Part shown: positions 22,845 to 30,455 of the stretch, in pieces | Layout: the number at the start of each line of letters is the position of its first letter | Numbering within the stretch: position 1 is the first letter of the stretch | NCBI RefSeq assembly: GCF_006345805.1 | Contig: NW_021832652.1 | Location: 1 to 30,455, forward strand | DNA from: Octopus sinensis | Lineage: Eukaryota | Direction of reading: 5' to 3' | DNA length: 30,455 bases | Notes under the pieces: model-generated | What the model was told of the DNA's origin: nothing | The model's input: the letters and a program-made list of their open reading frames with translations, nothing else | Database searches by the model: none | Translations under genes and position numbers: made by a program

Positions 22845-23228
22845 TGTGGAGGCGCAATGGCCCAGTTGTTAGGGCAGCGGACTCGCAGTCATAGGATCGC
22901 GGTTTCGATTTCCAGACCGGGCCATGTGAGTGTTTATTGAGCGAAAACGCCTAAAAAGCTCCACGAGGCTCCGGCAGGGGGTGGTGGCAAGCCCTGCTGT
23001 ACTCTTTCACCACAACTTTCTCTCACTCTTACTTCCTGTTTCTGTTGTACCTGTATCTCAAAGGGCCGGCCTTGTCACTCTCTGTGTCACGCTGAATATC
23101 CCCGAGAACTACGTTAAGGGTACACGTGTCTGTGGAATGCTCAGCCACTTACACGTTAATTTCACGAGCAGGCTGTTCCGTTGATTCGGATCAACCGGAA
23201 CCCTCGTCGTCGTAATCGACGGAGTGCT
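22845..23228 (+). mobile_element. Full-length tRNA-derived SINE (tgtggaggcgcaatgg head) with tail type A
   Basis: A-box-like tggcccagttgttag, B-box-like ggtttcgatttcc; head shared with 20616-20436 and 7438-7330. Confidence 0.85.
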
Positions 23229-23241
23229 TCTAATATATATA

Positions 23242-23630
23242 CTAGCAGTATCGCTCGGCGTTGCTCGGGAAATAACTATATAAGTATTTTTAGAGAGTTA
23301 TAGCCCAAAAATAGCAAAAAAAATGCATTGATAATGGAAAAAAAATAATGTAATTTTTTTAAAAAATCGTTGACTCATCGTAGACATTTTTAGAGGGTTA
23401 CATCCTTTATATAATAGCGAAAAAATGCATTAAAATGGAAAAAAAATTATGGTAAATTTTTTTCGAAATCGCAGACTCATCGTAGACGCGCGTTAATACC
23501 CAGAAGGGCTCGATATGAATCACGACTATAAGATACCCGGTTTTGGTTAAACTGCACCGCAAAATGTGGGAGTAGTTAGGAATCTAAATCGTAGGAGACA
23601 GACACACAACTTCACTTTTATATATAAAGA
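23242..23630 (-). mobile_element. Non-autonomous Helitron, 389 bp
   Basis: Minus strand reads A|TCTTTATATATAAAAGTGAAGTTG...CCCGAGCAACGCCGAGCGATACTGCTAG|T: 5' TC, subterminal GC hairpin, 3' CTAG, inserted between A and T. Confidence 0.85.
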
Positions 23631-23842
23631 TAACAGAAATAATGCATTTCTAAATATCTCAGAGAGATTTACGCAGTAGTGGTACGATAGAGTAGTTGTA
23701 TACTGTCAACTTGATGTGACAGTCCCATGAAGGGAATCATACTACTGCTATTTAGCCCTAGGTAGCAGCAACGCTTCCTATCGGCCTTAACACATTTCCT
23801 GTGTCCTTATATCTATATATATATAGATAGATGGATAGATAT

Positions 23843-26046
23843 GTTTCTTTATTAGCCACACAGGGCTGCACACAGACGGGACAAATTACAAGGTAGAGCT
23901 TTTCTTTTTGAGGATAAAAAAACGGGGTTTGGTTTTCGATCAAAAGGGATCGTAAAAGGAAAGAAAGAGGAAAGCAAAAAAAAAGGGGGGGGGATAAAAA
24001 ATAAAAGGAAAAAGAAAAAAATCGATCAATAGGGATCGTTATCACAGAAATGTCGATATAAAGTGTAAAGGGGAGGACAGGTGAAGTTTACCCGTGGAAA
24101 GAAAAGCCAACGGAAAAGACTACTCTTTGTATTAATTTTTACGGCTCATAGGATCATAGTCAAGGTGGCTTCGTCATTCATACGTGCCATCCTTGCTACA
24201 TTCACCCATCTTTTTTTGAAACATTCGCTAGACAAAACTTGCCTCTCTACTCTCAATTTCCTTTTCAAGTGATAGTTGAAGAAGTTGATGAGAGATTGAT
24301 CAGAGAGGAAAGTGTTTGACTCCAATCCTTTCAGACGCGTCCACCAGATACATTCTTTCGCCATAGTTGGTGGTGGTCGTGGCAGTGTTGTCCGTAGACG
24401 TCGTTGACTGTGAAGCCGTCGTCTGGCTTCTTCCAATTCTTCGTGTGTCGGCGTCTATGCTCGCACCTGCACCTGTGTTTCTCCTCCCCTTCTTTCCCTC
24501 CCTCGTGAAGCTGTGGGGAAGGGGAGGGTAAAGAAATCAACGTCGTAAGCGTTGTCAAGGAGACCACCGTTCTTCTCGACGACGACTTCATGGCTTTGAA
24601 GTCGCCATGCTCAAAGCAGAAAATGGCTAGGAAAGCCGAAGACGAATTTACAAAATGGGGAAACACGCCACACAGGGAAGGTTTCCCGTGCAAAGAGTTT
24701 CAACAACCGAATGTATTTATTAGTTGTTGCACAATAGACGTCATTGATTGGTTGAAATTGCAGAAATTGAAGAATAAAAAACCAACAAATATCTTACAAA
24801 CTATAGAATTTTCTCAATAAAGCCAAGAGAAAAAAGATGTTTTATAAACACATTCTACCAGTATACGAAGTTTAAAGTTATTTTTGAGAAAAACGGTGGT
24901 CTCCTTGACAACGCTTCACAGGTGCGGGTGTGAGCCTGGACGCCGACACACTGAAAATTGGTGATGGTAGTGGTGATGGTGGCGGTGGCGGCGGCGGCGG
25001 CGGCGGCGGTGGTGGTGGTGGTGGTCGTGGCAGAGTTGTCCGTAGAAGTCGTTGACTGTGAAGCCGTCGTCTGGCTTCTTCCAATTCTTCGTGTGTCGGC
25101 GTCTATGCTCGCAGCTGCACCTGTGTTTCTTCTCCCCTTCTTTCCCTCCCTCGTGAAGCTGTGGGGAAGGGGAGGCTAGGGAAATCAACGTCGTAAGCGT
25201 TGTCAAGGTGACCACCGTTCTTCTCGAAGAACGACTTCATGGCTTTGAAGTCGCCACAGCAGAAAATGGCTGGGAAAGCCGAAGACGAATTTACAAAATG
25301 GGGAAATACGCCACACAAAGGAAGGTTTCCCGTGCAAAAGAATTTGCACAACCGAATTTATTAGTTGTTGCACAATAGACGTCATTGATTGATTGAAATT
25401 GAAGAAAACAAACCAACAAATATCTTACAAACTAGAATTTTCTAAATAAAGCCAAGAGGAAGAAATGTTTTATTTTGACAAATTCTACCAGAATACGAAG
25501 TTTAAAATTTTTTTGAGAAGAACGGTGGTGATGGTGGTGGTGATGGTGGCGGCGGCGGCGGTGGTGGTTGGTGCTTGTGATGGTGTTGGTGATGGTGGTG
25601 GTGGTGGTGGTTGCAGAGTTGTCCGTAGTAGTGGTTGACTGAAGCCGTCGTCTGGCTTCTTCCAATTCTTCGTGTGTCGGCGTCCATGCTCGCACCTGCA
25701 CCTGTGTTTCTCCTCCCCTTCTTTCCCTCCCTCGTGAAGCTGTGGGGAAGGGGAGGGTAAAGAAATCAACGTCGTAAGCGTTGTCAAGGAGACCACCGTT
25801 CTTCTCGACGACGACTTCATGGCTTTGAAGTCGCCATGCTCAAAGCAGAAAATGGCTAGGAAAGCCGAAGACGAATTTACAAAATGGGGAAACACGCCAC
25901 ACAAAGGCAGGTTTCCCGTGCAAAGAATTTGCACAACCGAATGTATTTATTAGTTGTTGCACAACTTTTACATAAATAATATTATCTAAACACAAACTTT
26001 TGAAGGCAATAAAAGGCAAAGCCGATGTGACTATCGTCCGTCCATA
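23843..26046 (-). mobile_element. Internally deleted Tx1-family derivative: 5'UTR + ORF1 start (three rearranged copies) fused to ORF2 C-terminus + 3'UTR
   Basis: 5' end follows TATC and shares collinear blocks with 10342-10556 (e.g. taaaagttgt(a/g)caacaac, tagccatttt). 24363-23843 matches 15962-16492 (MAKECIWWTR...KRWVNVARM...TMIL*). Confidence 0.72.
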
Positions 26047-26064
26047 AGATAGATAGATAGATAA

Positions 26065-26399
26065 GTTTCTTTATTGGCCACACAGGGCTGCACACAGGGC
26101 TGCACACAGATGGGACAAGTTACAAGGTAGAGCTTTTCTTTTGGGGGATGAAAAAAACAAAAAAACAAAAGAAACAAAAAAAAAGGGGTGGCGTAGGTTT
26201 TCGATCAAGAGGGATCGTAAAAGGGAAGAAAAGAACAAAAAAAAATAAATAAAATAAAAAAGAAAAAGAAAAAAAGAAAAGGAAACGGTACAAAAGAAAA
26301 GGGAAATGAAAAAAAGAAAAAAAAAAAAGGGGGGAAAAAAGGGGAAAAAAAGGGGAAGAGGAAATAAAACGATCAATAGGGAGCGTGTATCACAGTGTT
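26065..26399 (-). mobile_element. Tx1-family 3'UTR fragment, TATC on both sides
   Basis: Reverse complement matches 21385-21646; (TATC)n at 26400-26461 and 26048-26062 on the minus strand. Confidence 0.88.
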
Positions 26400-26462
<63 letters not shown>

Positions 26463-26463
<1 letters not shown>

Positions 26464-26510
26464 CTTTCTTTATTGGCCACCCAGGGCTGAACACAGAAGG
26501 GACAAATACA
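26463..26510 (-). mobile_element. Very short Tx1-family 3' end
   Basis: Reverse complement tgtatttgtcccttctgtgttcagccctgggtggccaataaagaaagtt matches 16444-16492. Confidence 0.8.
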
Positions 26511-26919
26511 ACATTGTAAACTACCCGAAGATCATCGATAGGGCCCGGCAGGGTGTAAGAAGGAGAACGCCGAAAATATATGTATGTATATATATAAGAA
26601 TGAATGTTTTTATATATAATGAACGTGAAATACAGGAAGGGACGAACACGGAACACAGACAAATCATTCGAAGCCTTCAATCTTCAGTCAGACACCGAAT
26701 CATCATGGCAAATTTCGGCTGTTCAATTCTGATATTTGCTCCAACTCGGCCAGCCCCAAGAAAAAAAAAAAAAAAAAAACTAAGCTGTAAGCATTAGATT
26801 TCTTGGTAGAAGACAGGAATGTGAACGTACAAGACCGATGTGAATACAAGAGACGAAAACGAAATTGAAAACAGTAATGAATAAACAAAAATATATATAA
26901 AGGTGGTTGTGCGTGTTTG

Positions 26920-27150
26920 TGTGTGTGCGCGTGTGTGTGTGAGTGCGCGCCCGCGCGTTTGCGAGTGTATGTGCGTCAGAGCGTGTGAAGTTTCCCCATG
27001 TCAACTATAAATAAGTGTCTTTGACGTCATAAGACGACATTATATATCCAGTCTATTACTGAACTATTTATCTAATGCATATCACATATATGGTACGGGA
27101 AAGCCCTTTTAACATTCCACAGTTACGTATGGCTGACGTCATAAAAGACT
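26920..27150 (+). repeat. Third copy of the TGACGTCA-pair repeat
   Basis: tcaactataaataag...ttgacgtcataag (27022) and acgggaaagccctttt...gctgacgtcataaaag (27134). Confidence 0.72.
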
Positions 27151-27162
27151 TGTTTTATTTAT

Positions 27163-27245
27163 ATTTCCTGAGCGCCATACTAATACAATTGTTTCTTTGT
27201 ATTCCACGTGCCTTCGTCTTTTGTCTATTTTCATAAAGCTTCCCG

Positions 27246-27250
<5 letters not shown>
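27163..27250. repeat. ~90-bp interspersed repeat abutting (TA)n; second copy at 28761-28846
   Basis: ttcctgagcgccatactaatac...tgccttcgtcttttgt...cttcccgtt shared. Confidence 0.75.
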
Positions 27251-27299
<49 letters not shown>

Positions 27300-27470
27300 T
27301 AAATTATAATGGTTATTGACAATTTTGTCTTTTTTTCGGGATATTTGGCATTAGAAATTTTCTTTTGCCCATATTTTGTAAGTTATTTATAAATTTAACC
27401 TTTTAAGGTATTTTTGATATGCCGGCCATTGATAAAATGTTTTTCGAAAAAAATGTTATCCTACATTAGT

Positions 27471-27881
<411 letters not shown>

Positions 27882-27908
27882 ATATATATATATATTATAT
27901 ATATATAT

Positions 27909-27951
<43 letters not shown>

Positions 27952-28036
27952 CGTTTAAATATTTGTTGTGCAAGATTTTTTACGTGAAGTCGTGTGTTGA
28001 AACAGATATTGTTATATTCGGAATGGTCATTTTGCC

Positions 28037-28384
28037 ATACTTACATGCACCCAGGGAAAAAAAGCCGAAGCAAAAGTCATGTGTACATATAAGTACCCCA
28101 GATATATCTAAATATAAAATCCTTTTTGTTAGTAGTGTAGTTAGTAGTGTTAACCGTGTTAATACCAAAAATTATTTACATCAAAAAGTGCTTTTTTTTC
28201 TATGAAAATCCCTATTTTTTTACAATTTTTTGCCTGCTGTGTCGTCATTTTTAGGTGTATTTGAACCAGAAAAATGTTCCCTTAAAGAGAATAACAAACT
28301 ACATATTGCAAAATTTTTACTTTTCAAAAATTCCGATTCTAAAGGGTCGAAACAAACCCGAGCAAAGCCGGGCGATACTGCTAG
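28037..28384 (+). mobile_element. Helitron-like non-autonomous element, 3' portion
   Basis: Ends cccgagcaaagccgggcgatactgCTAG; near-identical copy at 29819-30162. Confidence 0.75.
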
Positions 28385-28680
28385 AATACAAATAAACTTT
28401 ATAGTTTAAAATCTTTTTAATATCCATTTACAATTTATTTAAAGTAATATGACTTTTTTTAAATAACGTGGGGGGAAAATACCTCGACACAGTTTCGGAC
28501 TTCCTCTATCATTATATTATAGATATATAATTCACGTGGAACTCCTACGAAGTTTAAAGTGTTTATATATACTGCTGACGTAATAAGATAGAATATATGC
28601 ACGTGCATATTTAGATATATGTATGTCATAGGCAATCCCCATTAACTATTAAGCATACGTAGTCTCTCTGTGTTTAAGTA

Positions 28681-28722
<42 letters not shown>

Positions 28723-28950
28723 ATAGGCAATCCCCAACCTAAAACACTTGTTCTATTTCTATTCCTGAGCGCCATACTAATACATTTGTTTGTTTGTACT
28801 CCACCTGCCTTCGTCTTTTGTTTATTCTCGTAAACCTTCCCGTTTTATATATATATATATATATGTATGTATATGTCATAGGCAATCCCCATGAACTATT
28901 AAGACTATACTAGTCTGTGTGTATGTATATATATATATATATATATACTA

Positions 28951-29081
28951 TATTTAAAGCAGCAGAAAATTCAACAAAACCTGTTACTCTGAGTTTCACG
29001 TTCTCGTTCGTCGGACAGTTTTTGCTAGAAACCTGTTACTCAGAGTAACAGGTTTTGTTGAATTTTCTGCTGCTTTAAATA
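28951..29081. mobile_element. 131-bp foldback element with perfect 44-bp inverted repeats
   Basis: 28951-28994 is the exact reverse complement of 29038-29081. Confidence 0.78.
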
Positions 29082-29178
29082 AAGCATTTTACTCTACCAC
29101 TGGTATTTGAGTACTCTTTTTTCCACCTTGTTTCACATTTATGTGTTTACTCCGGTATATATATATATACATGTATAT

Positions 29179-29502
29179 CTCCTGGAAGGAATTGTGCCAA
29201 ATTTTGGCATTGAAAGCTACACCAATGCCAGAACGGGACGACACTGCATAGTGTCAAAGTTCCCAGCAATGCCATCACACTTCAGGACCAGTTACTGCAA
29301 CAGCCTGGGTTTCAAGGGCCCACAGCTTTTTAATATTCTCTCAAAGACTCTGAAGAGCTTGCACAAAGTAGATTTAGGGGTTTTTAAATCAAAGCTTGAC
29401 CTCTTCCTGTCGAGAGTCCCAGATGAACCTACCTCACGGCAAGAGGTGCAAATGAGGGTAGCTATATCAAATTCCATGCTTCACCAAGTGCCACAGCTCT
29501 GA
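29179..29502 (+). mobile_element. CR1/L2-group LINE ORF2 C-terminal fragment
   Basis: LEGIVPNFGIESYTNARTGRHC...NSLGFKGPQLFNIL...FKSKLDLFLSRVPDEP...SNSMLHQV*, a typical LINE ORF2 end. Confidence 0.72.
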
Positions 29503-29527
29503 GCCGAAACTAGAGTGTATATGTATG

Positions 29528-29572
<45 letters not shown>

Positions 29573-29818
29573 AACAACTTATAAACAAGGGCTAAAGAAA
29601 ATTATTTCCCTGCCAATATGCTGATAACAGACTTTTGAATTGTCAATTTCCACATATTATTATATACCCTCTACAGAAATACGTTGTACTGAAATCGGGA
29701 AGCTAGTCAACGGAATTTAAAAAAAAAAGTTCGTTATTTCTGTATTGAATCAATTTTGGAATTAATCTCATAGGTTTTTTTTCCTCTTCAGTAGAAAATA
29801 CGAAAAGAAAAAAATGAA

Positions 29819-30162
29819 ATACTTACATGCACCCAGGGAAAAAAAGCCGAAGCAAAAGTCATGTGTACATATAAGTACCCCAGATATATCTAAATATAAA
29901 ATCCTTTTTGTTAGTAGTGTAGTTAGTAGCGTTAACCGTGTTAATACCAAAAATTATTTAATCAAAAAGTGCTTTTTTTTATGAAAAATCCCTATTTTTT
30001 TCAATTTTTTTGCCTGCTGTGTCGTCATTTTTAGGTGTATTGAACCAGAAAAATGTTCACATAAAGAGAATAACAAGCTACATAATGTAAAATGTTTACT
30101 TTTCAAAAATTCCGATTCTAAAGGGTCGAAACAAACTCGAGCAAACCGGGCGATACTGCCAG
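29819..30162 (+). mobile_element. Helitron-like element 3' portion (copy 2)
   Basis: Matches 28037-28384; ends gcaaaccgggcgatactgcCAG|T. Confidence 0.72.
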
Positions 30163-30208
30163 TATACACACAACACACCACACACACACACACATATATA
30201 TATATATA

Positions 30209-30455
30209 ATATATATATAAAGCTGAAGTTGTCCGTGTATGGCTGGTTTGGTAACCTTCAACTAACACTATCTCCTCCGAGACCCTGCGGCACAAGTTGA
30301 ACAAAATTGAGAGTATGATAGAAGAAGGCTTGCTTTTCCTTCCATAGAAGAAAAAAAATTCAAAATCGGACCCTGTTAAACCAAAAATTATTGGCATCAA
30401 AAAAGTGCTTTTTTTCTATGAAAATCCCTATTTCTTACAATTCTTTGCCTGCTGT
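30209..30455 (+). mobile_element. Helitron-like element 5' portion, runs off the window
   Basis: tatataaagctgaagttgt resembles the 5' end of 23630(-); 30380-30455 matches 28144-28221. Confidence 0.6.

Noticed and set aside
22845-22925. tRNA genes (also SINE heads at 7012, 17328, 20616)
   Set aside because: A/B-box-like heads continue into multi-copy SINE bodies; no complete cloverleaf
26640-26760. Penelope-like end or hammerhead ribozyme (minus-strand CTGAAGA and GAAA)
   Set aside because: Could not build stems I-III around the core motifs
28037-28047. ATACTTAC resembling the U1 snRNA 5' end (also 29819)
   Set aside because: Only 8 nt match; the rest is Helitron-like repeat
28546-28560. 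15-mer tacgaagtttaaagt shared with 24864-24878
   Set aside because: Compatible with chance in 30 kb of AT-rich DNA; flanks unrelated

Overview
Repeat-saturated, AT-rich animal genomic DNA (intergenic or intronic). I recognise no host protein-coding gene, rRNA or true tRNA. The SINE and microsatellite repertoire resembles what I recall from coleoid cephalopods (Octopus); that is inference, not a database result. The dominant feature is a ~6.1 kb apparently full-length Tx1/L1-clade non-LTR retrotransposon (10342-16492, +) with a CCHC-knuckle ORF1 and an APE-RT-CCHC ORF2, both frameshifted. It sits inside a (TATC)n tract. Five further pieces of the same family are present. All six 3' ends run AATAAA-GAAA(C/G) directly into (TATC)n, and four of six 5' ends start directly after (TATC)n, giving head-to-tail chains. 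This suggests a (TATC/GATA)n-targeting retroposon whose tail recreates its own target. It comes with an internally deleted derivative (23843-26046) and a SINE sharing its 3' end. Also present: a 10-unit tandem array of an RTE (BovB-like) LINE 3' end; an internally deleted, duplicated mariner with intact TIRs; a 5'-truncated CR1-type LINE that splits a repeat carrying paired TGACGTCA sites; non-autonomous Helitrons; two ~130 bp foldback elements; several tRNA-derived SINEs; and many microsatellites. Most ORFs in the supplied track are microsatellite artefacts.
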